Shown here in pieces: positions 1 to 12,645 of a DNA stretch of 64,000 nt. A model generated the notes under the pieces. It was given only the letters and a program-made list of their open reading frames with translations, had not been told where the DNA came from and did not search any database. Made by a program: the position numbers and the translations under genes. Where the stretch lies: assembly GCF_009914755.1 (NCBI RefSeq), contig NC_060947.1; one strand, written 5' to 3'. This DNA is from the human T2T-CHM13v2.0 reference genome, Homo sapiens. Numbering within the stretch: position 1 is the stretch's first letter; every line of letters starts with the position of its first letter.

Positions 1-128
1 TTGCATAAGGACAATTATTCTAATGGGGCCTTTGAGGTTCAAACATTTTACTTCGTGGCCAAACAGCTATGGCTAGGGAATTAGAATATACTTGACTTCA
101 GAAGACATATTTCTGAGTAATAGGGGTA

Positions 129-478
129 TGCTATGATCTGAATGTTTGCGTTTCCCCAAAATTCACATGTTGAAACCTAATCCCCAGTTTGATAGTATTA
201 CCAGGTGGGGGCTTTTGGGAAATGATTAAGTCATGAGGGTGGAGACCTCATGAGTGGGATTAGTGCCCTTATAAAAGAGGGCAGAAGGAGCTTATTAGCC
301 CCTTTTCCCATATGAGGACACCTAGTCTATGAAGAATGAGCCCTTGCCAGACACTGAATCTTCTGGCATCTTGATCTTGGACTTCTCAGTCACCAGAACT
401 GTGAGCAATAAATATCTGTCATTTAAAAATTACCCAGTCTAAAAGAATTTGTTATAGCAGCCTGAACAAATGAAGACG
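129..478 (+). mobile_element. MLT1A/MLT1A0-like solo LTR (ERVL-MaLR)
   Basis: Starts TGCTATGATCTGAATGTTTG, has TATAAAA and AATAAA, ends ...GCAGCCTGAACAAATGAAGAC; flanks GGGTA/GGGCA look like a 5-bp TSD with 1 mismatch. Confidence 0.85.
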
Positions 479-559
479 GGGCAGTTCCCAGAGAAGAGAA
501 AATCTTTGTGAACTGCGTAGCCACCCCAAGAAGTTTCTGCCTTTAGAAACATTCTAAGA

Positions 560-1060
560 AGTGCCTTTTAAAAGAAATCTGCTTAATTTTGTTGACCCAG
601 ACTTTACCTAAACTCATTTGACTACAAGATCCCATTTTTACCCATATGTAATAATATTATTCAGAGCAAATAATCTGCACAACACACATTAGGAAATGTT
701 GAGTTAGAAAACTATTGAGTTAAAGCTATTATTTCCTAATCTTCACAGATTTGTGCCTAACCTTGCTTTCAACTGATGTTCACATAATTTATTTCTCTAT
801 ATGACACAGCGGATGGCTCAGCCCTCACAGTTCTGAAAGAATCTTTTGTCTCTTGGCTCACTAACTCATGAAATGCCCGGTAACAAAAAAAGACGAAGGG
901 ATTTTATATAATCAAATAAGTTTAGCAAACATTGTATATAAACTTTTAAAATTTCACAATGTACTTAATCATGTAAAAGACTCTGAGAAGACTTGTAACA
1001 AAGACAATTCTTCAACTTTGCTTAACCCAATATTTTTCAAACTTATTTTTTGAGAGAACT
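560..1060. mobile_element. Two degraded hAT-Charlie (MER103-like) fragments
   Basis: Two related motifs (TTGACCCAGACTTTACCTAAACTCATTTGA at ~592, TTAACCCAATATTTTTCAAACTTATTT at ~1022) resemble MER103C from recall. Confidence 0.4.
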
Positions 1061-2550
1061 AACTCCTATCAGTAATGCTTACCTTACCCACACGCTGCAG
1101 CAGAATGGAAGCCTGGGAATTACAAGTCCATTTTTTCCCTCCATTTCCTCCTTCTTTCTTCTTAATATTTTTCTGGTCTAGAAAGAACAATTATTTCATA
1201 AAGAATAGCCCCACAGAATTTCTGGTCTGAAATTGACCCTATTTGGTTATTACTTAAGGCAACTCTTTCTAACTTGCTTTGCTTTTCCCTCTATTATAAG
1301 AATGGTGAAGATCATAGCACATTCTTCTGAACCAAATAAATGTTGTGTCAAAAGCACCTCATATGAAAGCCATGCTTAGAATTCTCGTTCCTTGCAGTTG
1401 TACAACAAAAACAACTTTTGTTTTATTTTACAGCATTTAAAATTGCTTTTGCTTAAATGCAAAACTGAGAAGCCACAAAAATTGGATTAACCACAAATCA
1501 AAGAATGCCTAGAGCAATGCATAGGTTATATACTTGTACATCAGCTTCTTGAGTGTCTGCCTTAATGGGTAATATTCCCTAAAGCATTTTTATGTATTTC
1601 AAACAATAAATAAAACAAGTTACAAGAGGTATGTTCACCTACTGAATTTACCTGCTGTTACATCTGCATTTGACATGGCTGCCCTTGAGTTTCATACATT
1701 TATAGAGCCAGGCTACTGTGCTGCTTAGTATGGGGGGTGACTTGGATAAATTTTGAGGATGAGCAGTTAGTTCACTTAAAGGAAGAACTAACTGGGTCAC
1801 CATCAAACTTTCTTTTTTTTTTACATTTTTCAGAGAAAGATCACATCTGCTAGAATCACTAGAAATGGGGAAGATAAAAATATCAAAGCAAAATTGAGAC
1901 TTAGCTTCCTGACACAGCTCTCCCATTCACCAACACTTGGCAAAAAAAAAAAAAAAAAAAGTGAAGCTAAAACTTAATAGGCATTTATTACTGTTATTTA
2001 AAATAAGGTCAGAAACCAAACACAAAGAGCCCAGCTCAAGCTGTCTGCCACCTGTCTGGGTCTGGCTGCATGAAGCTGCCACATATTCCCTGGTGGCTGT
2101 CCTTCTTGACTACCTAACGGGTTGAACAGCCATCTGTGTCTCCTGCCATCACTAATCAGGATGGTACACACATCTATTGTCCTTGGGCTTCAGGGCTCTT
2201 AGAGCATTATGGTTCCTGCCTATGGCTTATTGCTTAAGGAAAGCTAGTCTGGTTCACAGAGAATTTCTGAAACTCTCCTTTCCTCTCCTTCCGTGACCCT
2301 CTGACAGCTTCTCTGCTCTTTCCACCCTTCAGTGGTCCCTCATTCGATTTCCATTTAATCATTAAAATCATCATCACCAAGCTGTCTTTCTCCAGGACTC
2401 CATCTGCTTTGCTTTCAAATTCCACATCCTCTGGGACAAAGCACTCCTGAGAATTCCATCTATTTTGCAATCTTAAAACTTGAGTTTAGCAGTTACTGAC
2501 TCTTAATAGTGAGGGAAGCCCCAGCTGTTTGGCTTTAAAGAGGGAAACTG

Positions 2551-2608
<58 letters not shown>
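2551..2608. repeat. (CA)n microsatellite with a (CG)n interruption
   Basis: Direct reading. Confidence 0.98.
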
Positions 2609-2610
<2 letters not shown>

Positions 2611-3924
2611 CATAATTGGGCAACAGAATAAAGAAAGAAAATATACTGAAAATGTTCTTGGAGTTTCTGATTTATTCTGACAGCCACTTAAAATTCCCTT
2701 GAACAGATATTTGCTAAACATATTATATAAGTAATAGAATCTGAAGATAGAAAAATAAATCATAGAGCCAGCCACATAAGGTGTATGTTGTCTAATTTTA
2801 TAGGATCTCAAAGTGCTTCAGTTATGTTAGATTTAAGAAATAATGAGTAAATTGGGGGTGTGTATCTTTGTCCTAAATGATCAGTTTTAGAAAAAAGAAA
2901 TAATAGTGTGGTTTTCAGATTTCATAGTTTAGTATTTTCCTTGTTTTATCTCATTTACAGGATGTTAATCCCTTCCATCTAATTTTTAAATATACACAGA
3001 AATGTAACTGAAATACTGTGTTTGCCTCACCATGCAAGCTTTCATTTATGTGAGAAAGTCTAGCCTAATTTCTTAAGTTCTTTTCTAACATTACAGAATA
3101 CTTTTAATTATAAGAATTAGGCCAGAACTTCGGTTTTAATCACTGTGGAAATTCAACTCTTATTTCTCTTATACAAAAAGAAAGCCAGTACACTTATTGT
3201 ATGTGAAAGTCTTTTACCTGTTGAAAAGAAAATAGTGTTTTGATTATAGTAATTCAGTCTTTCGTTAGTACTATTCAGTTTTGCTGCTATTCCTCATCCC
3301 AATATTCAGAAACTAATTAAGCAGTCTTAATTATTACCTGTCACATGCCTAGAATACATGTCAAACAGTCCATTAAGTGTCTTAAAAGTCCTTTACCCTG
3401 CTGTTTTCTGTCTCTTTATTTTTATAGTACTTACCACTGACACCTAGATAACTCAGACAGGAAGAGAGCCTAACCCAAACAGCAAATAACTGTGATTGTG
3501 GAACTTGAATAAATACCAGGTGACAAGTTTTAATTACATACGGAAATAACATATGTGAAAAGAACCCTGAGATCTGTAAAATAATTTGGGTAAAATAAAA
3601 AGCACAGGCTTTATCTAAACCACTGATTTAATATTGATAGCAGTTACAATTATAATTAAATTATTCACTGTTGTTTTTATTTTTCCTGTTTCCCTTTCAA
3701 GTCACTCACACACATTCATTCCCCAGGTTCCTTTTAAGGATGCAATCATAAAGACTAAACTATTCCAAGAGACCTCTTTCTTCCTTAGATAGTCTTTCCC
3801 TACTGAAATTTCCAGCTCAAATTTCCCAAGTGGTTTTCAAGCAAATGTTTGGTATCAGTGCTTTTGGACAGAAAAAGTAAACTATTTTGCTTTTTAAAGT
3901 CTAACCGTCTAAGTTCAAATAAGC

Positions 3925-4377
3925 ATTATTAAATATATATATTATATATTAAATATATATATTATATATTTAATATATAATATATATATTATATAATATA
4001 TAAAATATATATTAAATATATATAATATATATAATATATAATATATATATTAAATATATATAATATATAATATATATATTATATATATATAATATATAAT
4101 ATAATATATATATTAAATATATATAATATATAATATATATTAAATATATATAATATATAATATATATTAAATATATTATAATATAATACATATTAAATTA
4201 ATATATATTAATTATTATATTTAATATATAATATATTAATTTAATATGTATTATATATTATACATATTATATATAATATATATTAAAATAATATATATTG
4301 TGATTTTGTGAATTATATAATATATATTAAATGCATATATAATTATATATAATATATTATTAAATATATATATTAAT

Positions 4378-4408
<31 letters not shown>

Positions 4409-4413
4409 GGAGA
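3925..4413. repeat. Complex interrupted (TA)n tract followed by (AG)n
   Basis: About 465 bp almost purely A/T, then AGAGAG... Confidence 0.97.
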
Positions 4414-4529
4414 GCTCTATCTATTCTTGTTAAGTTCACTTAGTCATAAAAAGGGAATGTAAATACTAAACATGACCATATGTGAGATACCCCTGGGGAC
4501 TTTCAGAAAAATTTAAACATGTCAGCAAT

Positions 4530-4822
4530 TTGCAAGGGATTTGTAAACAAATCTATGGAAAATGCTTTAGCTCACCAGTAGTATAAAGTGTGTACATTAA
4601 AACAAAAAAAAACTTCTCTGAGCAAATTAGCAATTATTTAAAATAATGAAAATGTGCAGTACTAGCAAAGACATGTGGAAACAGGATTTCTAACATATTG
4701 TCAGTGGAAGTGAATTTGGTAAACACATTAGGAAAGCAATTTGAAAATAAGTATTAGCATTCTTAAAAATGATCTTACTATGATTCAATAAGCTCACCTT
4801 TAGGATGCAATGCTTTGCAAAT
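4530..4822 (+). mobile_element. Old L1M(E)-like ORF2 3' fragment, left part (interrupted by HERV-L)
   Basis: Degraded similarity to the L1 ORF2 C-terminal region; resumes after the provirus at 11352. Confidence 0.55.
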
Positions 4823-5283
4823 TGTGATGGTTAATACTCAGTGTCAACTTGATTGGACTGAAGGATACAAAGTATTGATACTGGGTGTGCCTGTGAGGGC
4901 GCTGCCAAAGGAGACTAATATTTGAGTCAGTGGGCTGGGAAAGGCAGACCCACCCTTAATCTGGGTGGGCACAATCTAATCAGCTGCCAGCGTGGCTAGA
5001 ATATACAGCAGGAAGAAAAATGTAAAAAGACAGACTGGCCTAGCCTCCCAGCCTACATCTTTCTTCCATGCTGGATGCTTCCTGCCCTTGAACATCAGAC
5101 TCCAAGTTCTTCAGTTTTGGAACTTGGACTGGCTCTCCTTGCTCCTCAGCCTGCAGATGGCCTATTGTGGGGCCTTGTGATCGTGTGAGTTAATACTTAA
5201 AAAACTTATATATATATGCATTTATTTATTTATTATTTATTTATTCCATTGTTCTGTCCCTCTAGGGAACCCTGACTAATATA
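4823..5283 (+). repeat. 5' LTR, MLT2A1-type
   Basis: TGTGATGGTTAATACT...CCTGACTAATATA; length of 461 bp fits MLT2A1 better than MLT2A2; roughly 92% identical to the 3' LTR by hand count. Confidence 0.9.
4972..4982 (+). promoter_or_regulatory. DUX4-like motif CAATCTAATCA in 5' LTR
   Basis: One mismatch to the TAAYYYAATCA-type consensus; MLT2A1 is an established DUX4 target family. Confidence 0.55.
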
Positions 5284-5288
5284 GATTT

Positions 5289-5306
5289 TGGCAATAGCAG
5301 TGGTTC
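5289..5306 (+). promoter_or_regulatory. Degenerate primer-binding site (tRNA-Leu type)
   Basis: TGGCAATAGCAGTGGTTC just after the LTR and the GATTT spacer. Confidence 0.5.
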
Positions 5307-5346
5307 TAGAGGAATAGAATATTAGGGATGGGGTTCTTTCATTGGT

Positions 5347-7079
5347 TTGGGGGTTTCTGGAGTTCTGCTTAATATGATTAGACCCAAACATGCTAAGGAC
5401 CCTACTTATAATAGTATGAAGAACACTGACAGTCCTTGGCATGAACTGTTTAGAAAGTTATGCAAAATACATGCATTTGACACTCCTGATTCATTGCTCA
5501 TGGGAGGCAAAGAGGTTAGTGAACCTATACATAATACCTTTGACCTTATGTGGAGAACCAAGGAACTTAATGAAGCTTGTTGGTTGCTCATAAGTTCAGT
5601 GGACAAAGTGATGAAAGAAAATGATGAACTCAGGGATTCTATCTCCCGGCTTCAGAAGCAGATACTGAACCTCAAATCTGCTAAGATTGCCCTGAGTGAG
5701 AGTTTTATCGCCTGTAGAGAAAGAGCTGAAATTGTGGAAAAAAAGACACAAGCTCTTACCACATGAGTGGCTGACCTGCAATGAAAGGTTCATGCACAGC
5801 CTCAACAGGTGTGTACTGTTAAAGTGAGGGCATTAATTGGAAAAGAATGGGACCTCACAACTTGGAACGGAGATGTGTGGGAGGACCCTGATTAAGCCGG
5901 GGACACTGAGTTTGTGAACTCTGATGAACCTTTTTTGCCAGAAGAAACAGCTTTCCCATTCCCATTAGTGGCAACATCTGCTCCCTGACGCATGCTGCCA
6001 TCAGCCTTTCCACTTTAGTCTGAGGAGATAAACCCTGCGCTGCCTGAGACAACTATGATGGCCTCCCCTGAGGCAGTTGCCAGGCGAGGTAATGTTGATT
6101 CTCCTCAGGAGCCGCCCCCAACACCCCTGTTTGCTTCTAGACCTATAGCTAAAGTCCTGGGGGCCCCTAGAGGTGAGGCTGAGAGTGTGACCCATGAGGA
6201 GCTGTGCTACATTTAAAAAAAATACTGCTTGACTTTTCTAATTTGTATAAACAAATCTGGAGAACGGGAATGGGAATGGATATTAAGCGTGTGTGATAAT
6301 GATGGAAGGAACATAGAGATGAATCAGATTGAATTTATTGATTTGGCCCACTTAGTAGGGTCTCTGCATTTAGTGTTGCAGCTTGGGGAGTTAAAAAAAG
6401 GTTCTAATAGTTCATTTGCTTGGTTAGCTGAAATATGGATTAAAAGATGGCCCTGTAAGTGAGCTGGAAATGCCTGATCTCCCTTGGTTTAATGTAGAGG
6501 AAAGGATCCAAAGGCTTAGGGGGATTGAGATGGTGGAGGGGATTAGTCACTTTAGACCTACTCATCCTAGCTGAAAGGGTCCAGAAGATATACCCTTGAC
6601 CATTGCCCTGCAAAATATACTTGTGAGGGCAGCACCTGCATCTTCGAAGAGCCCTGTAATTGCTCTTCTCTGTATGTCACATCTAACAGTGGGAATGACA
6701 CTCACTCAACTATAAAATTTAAATACAATGGGTATAATTGGATCCCAAGGTGGCAGGGGCCAAGTGGCAGCACTCAACCATCAAAGGCAGGGTGGACATA
6801 GCTACCGTAATGGACAGTAGAGGCAAAACAGCAATCAGAATAGTCTGACTCCTGTAGATCGCTGGCATTGGCTATTTAATCACGGTGTTCCTAGAAGTTA
6901 AATTGATAGGAAGCCTACTGCATTCTTACTTAATTTATACAAGCAGAAAACTTTCAGGTCGAATGGACGAAAGACTAATTTGAAGTATAAAAACAGAATC
7001 ATGGCCTGTCAATCAGTTTCCAGACTTGAGCCAGTTTACAGACCCAAACCCCCTAGAATGAAGGGGAGGCTGGGTCCCC
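5347..7079 (+). pseudogene. gag: HERV-L gag (several stops and frameshifts)
   Basis: ORF 5347-5766 (LLNMIRP..DSPWHELF..KVMKENDELRDS) and 6229-6462 (EREWEWILSV..) match ERV-L Gag. Confidence 0.88.
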
Positions 7080-7344
7080 TTGAGAAAGGACCCCACTACA
7101 TTACTGACAATTTATGCGGTGAATCTTTCTCCCATCCTTCCCCAAGGAGACCTCAGGCCTTTTACCAGGGTAACTGTGAATTGGGGAAAGGGAAATGATC
7201 AGACATTTTTGGGACTACTGGACACTGGCTCTGAGCTGATGTTGATTCCAGGGGACCTAAAATGTCATTGTGGTCCTCCAGTTAAAGTAGGGGCTTATGG
7301 AGGTTGGGGAATTAATGGAGTTTTTAGCTCAGGTCTGACTTACA
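7080..7344 (+). pseudogene. pro: HERV-L aspartic protease
   Basis: LLDTGS active-site motif (DTG at 7221-7229); frameshift near 7320. Confidence 0.9.
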
Positions 7345-8367
7345 GTGGGTCCAGTGGTTCCCAGGACTCATCCTGTGTTCATTTCCCCAGTGCCAGAATG
7401 CATAATTGGCATAGACATGCTTAGCAGCTGGCAGAAACCCCACATTGGCTCCCTGACTGGTAGGGTGAGGGCTATTATGGTGGGAAAGGCCAAATGGAAG
7501 CCATTAGAGGTGGCTCTACCTAGAAAAATAGTAAATCAAAAACAATGTCACATCCCTGGAGGAATTGCAGAGATTAATGCCACCATCAAGGACTTGAAAG
7601 ACGCAGGGGTGGTGATTCTCACCACATCCCCATTCAGTTCTCCCATTTCGCCTGTGCAGAAGACAGATGTATCTTGGAGAATGACTGTGGATTATCATAA
7701 GCTTAACCAAGTGGTGACTGCAATTGCAGCTGCTATACCAGATATGGTTTTATTACTTGAGCAAATTAACACATTTTCTGGTACCTGGTATGCAGCTATT
7801 GACTTGGCAAATGCCTTTTTCTTCATTCTTGTCCATAAGGCCCACCAGAAACAATTTGTCTTCAGCTGGCAAGGCCAGAAAAATACCTTTACTGTCCCAC
7901 CTCAGGGGTATATCAACTCTCCAGCTTTGTTTTATAATCTTATTTGGAGAGAGCTTGATCGCTTTTCACTTTTGCAAGATATCACACTGGTCCATTACAT
8001 TGATGACATTATTTTAATTGGATCCAGTGAGCAAGAAGTAGCAAACACACTAGACTTATTGCTGAGACATTTGTGTGCCAGAGGATGGGAAATAAATCTG
8101 ACCAAAAGTCAGGGACCTTTTACCTCAGTAAAATTTATGGGGGTCCAGTGGTGTGGGGCTTATCGAGATATTCCTTCTAAGGTGAAAGATAAGTTGCTGC
8201 CTTTGGACCCTCCTACAACCAAGAAAGAAGAACAACTCCTAGTGTGCCCATTTGGATTTTGGGGGCAACACATTCCTCATTTGGGTGTGTTACTCCAGCC
8301 CATTTATCAAGTGACTCAAAAGAATGCCAGTTTTGAGTGGGGTCCAGAACGGGAGAAGGCTCTGTAA
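7345..8367 (+). pseudogene. pol: HERV-L reverse transcriptase (340 open codons; not a real start)
   Basis: WRMTVDY, IDLANAFF, PQGY and YIDD (7996-8007) motifs. Confidence 0.95.
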
Positions 8368-10090
8368 CAGATCCAGGCTGCTGTTCATGCTGCTCCGCCG
8401 CTTGGGCCATATGACCCAGCAGATCCAATGGTCCTTGAGGTATCAGTGGCAGATAGGGATGCTGTTTGGAGCGTTTGGCAGGCCCCCATAGGTGAATCAC
8501 AGTGAAGACCTCTGGGATTTTGGAGCAAGGTCCTGGGACCTTCTGCAGATAACTGCTCTCCTTTTGAGAGCGAGCTCTTGGCCTGTTACTGGGATTTGGC
8601 AGAAACTGAACGTTTGACTACGGGTCATCAAGTCACCAGGTGACTGAACTGCCTACCATGAACTGGGTGCTTTCTGACCCATCTAGCTATAAAGTGGCTC
8701 ATGCGCAGCAGCATTGCATAATCAAATGGTATTGGTATATATGTGATTAGGCCCGAGCAAATCCTGAAGGCACAAGTAAGTTACATAAGAAAGTGGCTCA
8801 AATGCCCATGGTCTCTACTTCTGCCAGCCTGCCTTCTCTCCCCCAGCCTGCACCAATGGCCTCATGGGGAGTTCCTTAAGATCAGTTGACAAAGGAGGAG
8901 AAGACAAGGGCCATTTTCACAGGTGGTTCTGCACGATATGCAGGCACCACCTGAAAGTGGACAACTGCAACACTCAGCTCCTGTCTAGGACATCTCTGAA
9001 AGACAGTGGTGAAGGCAAATCTTCCCAGTGGACAGAACTTCAAGTAGAGTGCCTGGTCGTGCACTTTGCGTAGAAGGAGAAATGGACATATGTGCAATTA
9101 TATACCGATTCATGGGCTGTAGTCAATGGTTTGGCTGGATGGTCAGGGACTTGGAAGAAGCATGATTAGAAAATTGGTGAGAAATTTTGGGAAGAGGTAT
9201 GTGGATGGACCTCTCTGAGTGTTCAAAAACTGTGAAGATATTTGTATCCCATGTGAGTGATCACTAACAGGTGACTTCATCAGAGGAGAATTTTAATAAT
9301 GAAGTGGATAGGATGACCTGTTCTGTGGACACCACTCAGCCTCTTTCCCTAGCCACCTCTGTCATCGCCCAACGGGCCCAGGAACAAAGTGGCCATGGTG
9401 GCAGGGATGGAGGTTATGCATGGGCTCAGCAACATGGACGTCCACTCACCTAGGCCAACCTGCTTATGGCCACTGCTGAGTGCCAATTTGCCAGCAGCCG
9501 AGACCAACACTGAGCCTTCAATATGGCACCATTCCTCGGGGTGATCAGCAAGCTACCTGGTGACAGGTTGATTATACTGAACTTTTTCCATCATGGAAAG
9601 GGCAGAGGTTTGTCCTCACTGGAATAAACACTTACTTGGGATATGGGTTGGCTTATCCTGTACACAATGCTTCTGCCAAGACTACCATCCGTGGACTCAT
9701 GGAATGCCTTATTCACTGTCATGGTATTCCGCACAGCATTGCCTCTGACCACGGCACTCACTTTATGGCTAAAGAAGTGTGGCAGTGGGTTCGTGCTCAC
9801 GCAATTCACTGGTCTTACAATGTTTCCTATCATTCCTGAAGCAGCTGGATTGATAGAACGGTGGAATGGCCTTTTGAATTCACAATTACAACGCCCACTA
9901 GGTGACAATACTTTTCAGGGCTGAGACACAGCTCTCCAGAAGGCTGTGCATGCTCTGCATCAGCGTCCAATATATGGCACTCTTTCTCCCATAGCCAGGA
10001 TTCACGAGTTCAGGAATCAGGGGGTGGAAGTGGAAATGGCACCACTCGCTATCACCCCTAGTGATCCACTAGCAAAATTTTTGCTTCCTG
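8368..10090 (+). pseudogene. pol: HERV-L tether, RNase H and integrase (disrupted)
   Basis: DSGEGKSSQWTEL (RNase H); SGHGGRDGG, IASDHGTHF and LIERWNG (integrase). Confidence 0.9.
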
Positions 10091-10400
10091 TTCCCACAGC
10101 ATTATGTTCTGCTTGCCTAGAGATCTTAGTTCCAGAGGGAGGAACACTGCCACCAGGAGACACAACAACGATTCCACTAAACTGAAAGTTGAGATTGCCA
10201 CGTGGACACTTTGGGCTGCTTCTACCTTTAAGTCAACAGGCTAAGAAGAGACTTACAGTGTTGGCTGGGGTGATTGACCTGCACTATCAAGATGAAATCA
10301 GTCTACTACTCCACATCAGAACTAAGGAAGAGTATGCATGGAATATAGGAGATCAGTTAGGGCATCTGTTAGTATTATCATGCCCTGTGATTAAGGTCAA
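10091..10400 (+). pseudogene. dut: HERV-L dUTPase downstream of integrase (one internal stop)
   Basis: GGTLPPGDTTTIPLN*KLRLPRGHFGLLLP...LAGVIDLHYQDEI; this position is typical of ERV-L. Confidence 0.85.
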
Positions 10401-10891
10401 TGGGAAACAGGCCAATCCAGGCAGGACTACAAATGACCCAGACCCTTCAGGAATGAAGGTTTGGTTACTCCACCAGTAAAATAAACCATGACCTGCTGTG
10501 GTGCTTGCTGAAGGCAAAGGGAATACAGAATGGGTAGTAGAAGAAGGTAGTCATCAATACCAGCCATGACCACGTGACCATCTGCAGAAATGAGGATGGT
10601 AATTGTCATGAGTATTTCCTCCTTCTTTTGTTAAAAACATGTTTGTGCATTTACACACTTGTACTAAGAAAGTATTATTTCCTTTCTCTTATATCAGGTG
10701 ACATAAGATTGATTGACTTCACATCAGAATTTAAGTATTGTTAACTTTATGTAATAGTATTTGGGTTGGAGTTTGGTGTGTTTCTGGTTGTATGAAAAAT
10801 AGTTGTATTATGTTAGGCAAAATTATGACCTTATCATTGTCTTTATTTGAAGATTGTGTATGATCTCAGGAGATGTATATGGGTTCAAGTT

Positions 10892-10906
10892 GACAAGGGG
10901 TGGGCT
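10892..10906 (+). promoter_or_regulatory. Polypurine tract
   Basis: GACAAGGGGTGGGCT directly before the 3' LTR. Confidence 0.7.
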
Positions 10907-11351
10907 TGTGATGGTTAATCCTGAGTGTCAACTTGATTGAATTGAAGGATACCAAGTGTTGATACTGTGTATGCCTGTGAGGGCGTTGCCAAAGGAGACT
11001 AATATTTGAGTCAGTGGGCTGGGAAAGGCAGACCCACCCTTAATCTGGGTAGGCACAATCTAATCAGCTGCTAGTGTGGCTAGAATATAGAGCAGGCAGA
11101 AAAATGTGAAAAGAGAGACTGGTCTAGACTTTCAGCCTACATATTTCTCCCTTGCTGGATGCCTCCTGCCCTTAAACATCAGACTCCAAGTTCTTCAGTT
11201 TTGGAACTTGGATTGACTCTCCCTGCTCCTCAGCCTGCAGATGGCCTATTGTGGGACCTTGTGATCATGTGAGTTAATACTTAATAAACTCCCCTTTATA
11301 TGTGTATTTATTCCAATAGTTCTGTCCCTCTAGAGAACACTGACTAATACA
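10907..11351 (+). repeat. 3' LTR, MLT2A1-type
   Basis: TGTGATGG...CTAATACA, 445 bp; AATAAA at 11283; DUX4-like motifs at 10934-10944 (-) and 11056-11066 (+). Confidence 0.92.
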
Positions 11352-11600
11352 GAAATTATCCTCAACACAATATATATTATGCACAAAGATCGTCACGGTT
11401 TGTTTGTAACTGAAAAATTGAAAACCACTGATAGAGAAAGTGTTGGTAAGTTACATGGTGTCATCCACTCAATGAAATATCGTATAGCCATTGGAAATAA
11501 TGTTTTTAAAAACTTAGAGGCTTGTGTATAATATAGTATTAAATAAAAAATAACACAAATGTATACTTACTGTATAATAATAGCTGTATAAAAACAACAT
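11352..11600 (+). mobile_element. Old L1M(E)-like fragment, right part
   Basis: CATCCACTCAATGAAATATCGTATAGCCATT resembles the L1 ORF2 end (MEYYAAI region). Confidence 0.55.
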
Positions 11601-11629
11601 GTGTTGTTAAACATGCATTTAAATTGTGA

Positions 11630-12180
11630 TAAATTCTAAAAGGGAACATTTAGGGCATGAAGGGGCAGAGTCCAGAGCATAGACTTCCAGCTGGTTCAGA
11701 TGATTCAGAGAAAGTAAAATTTCAGCTGATACTCAAAGAAGTATAAGAATTAACTAGGTGAATTGGGGAAGAAAAAGACGGAAGAGGGTTTCAAGTAGAA
11801 AAAAACATTTTTGTGAAGGTTTGAAAGTGTGAAAGAGGAACTTTTGAGGAAATTATGATTGTCTAGTAAGGCTACTGAATTATTTTAAGACTCGATCAGA
11901 CATCCCTTTTAGAAAGCTCACTCTGGTTTTAGTGTGGAAAAAGAACTGGAGAGGAGTAAGACTGGAGATGGGGGAACAAATACTTGTAGCATTTACATGG
12001 GATTTCTCTATAAAAAATTAAAGTTCAATACCAATCTGTCTCATAATTCTACATGTTAATGGTTGACTTGTCTCTGAGCTTTTTAAAAGGCACTAGATTA
12101 TTTTTATATTTTTAGCCCCAGAACCTCGCACAGAAATTGGCACACAGTAGGGGGCTCAAGAAATACCTGTAAAAGACAAA
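11630..12180. mobile_element. L2 fragments
   Basis: TTTAGAAAGCTCACTCTGG...GACTGGAG and an L2/MIR-type end (TGGCACACAGTAGG..GCTCAAGAAATA). Confidence 0.55.
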
Positions 12181-12645
12181 TGGTAGTACTTCTTTAGAGT
12201 AGCTTAAACTCTAAAATTAGGCTCATTTTTGGTTGAACTCAGTAGAGCAAGAAGTCCACACAAAATGGAGTATATTGCTGTTTCCAATAAAATATACTAT
12301 TAAATTAAAGCAATAGCCCCTTTATTAAACAAATACCAATTTTCAAACCTGAAAACAAATGACAGGCATTATCCATAGTAGTGGAGGCAACACAAAGATT
12401 TAGCCACAGATGAGTGATTTTTAGGTAACCACTGAACTTGATCTTTATGAAGCTATACTTGGCATGTCAATGAATAGGAATAATTTTAGTAATGTAAATT
12501 ATATATGTGTAAGAATAAAGACCTAATATAAACATTTCCAAAATGTATTGCTAAGTTATAGTGACAGGATTGTGAATGTTAGAGAAGAGAATAAAGGTAA
12601 CAAAATGCATAATAACAATTTTTTTAAAAAAAGCTTGTGCATATA

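Larger units (their letters stand above)
4823..11351 (+). mobile_element. HERV-L provirus, near full length (6.5 kb), coding-defective
   Basis: Paired LTRs starting TGTGATGG; flanks CAAAT/GAAAT (5-bp TSD, 1 mismatch); order gag-pro-RT-RNaseH-IN-dUTPase, no env. Confidence 0.97.

Noticed and set aside
2234-2470. 78-aa minus-strand ORF in non-repeat DNA
   Set aside because: Non-ATG start, no recognisable domain, no clear splice frame; expected by chance
2503-2811. 102-aa ORF with a VCVCVC run
   Set aside because: Translation of the (CA)n microsatellite
10091-10400. dUTPase after integrase as a novel gene arrangement
   Set aside because: Established hallmark of ERV-L
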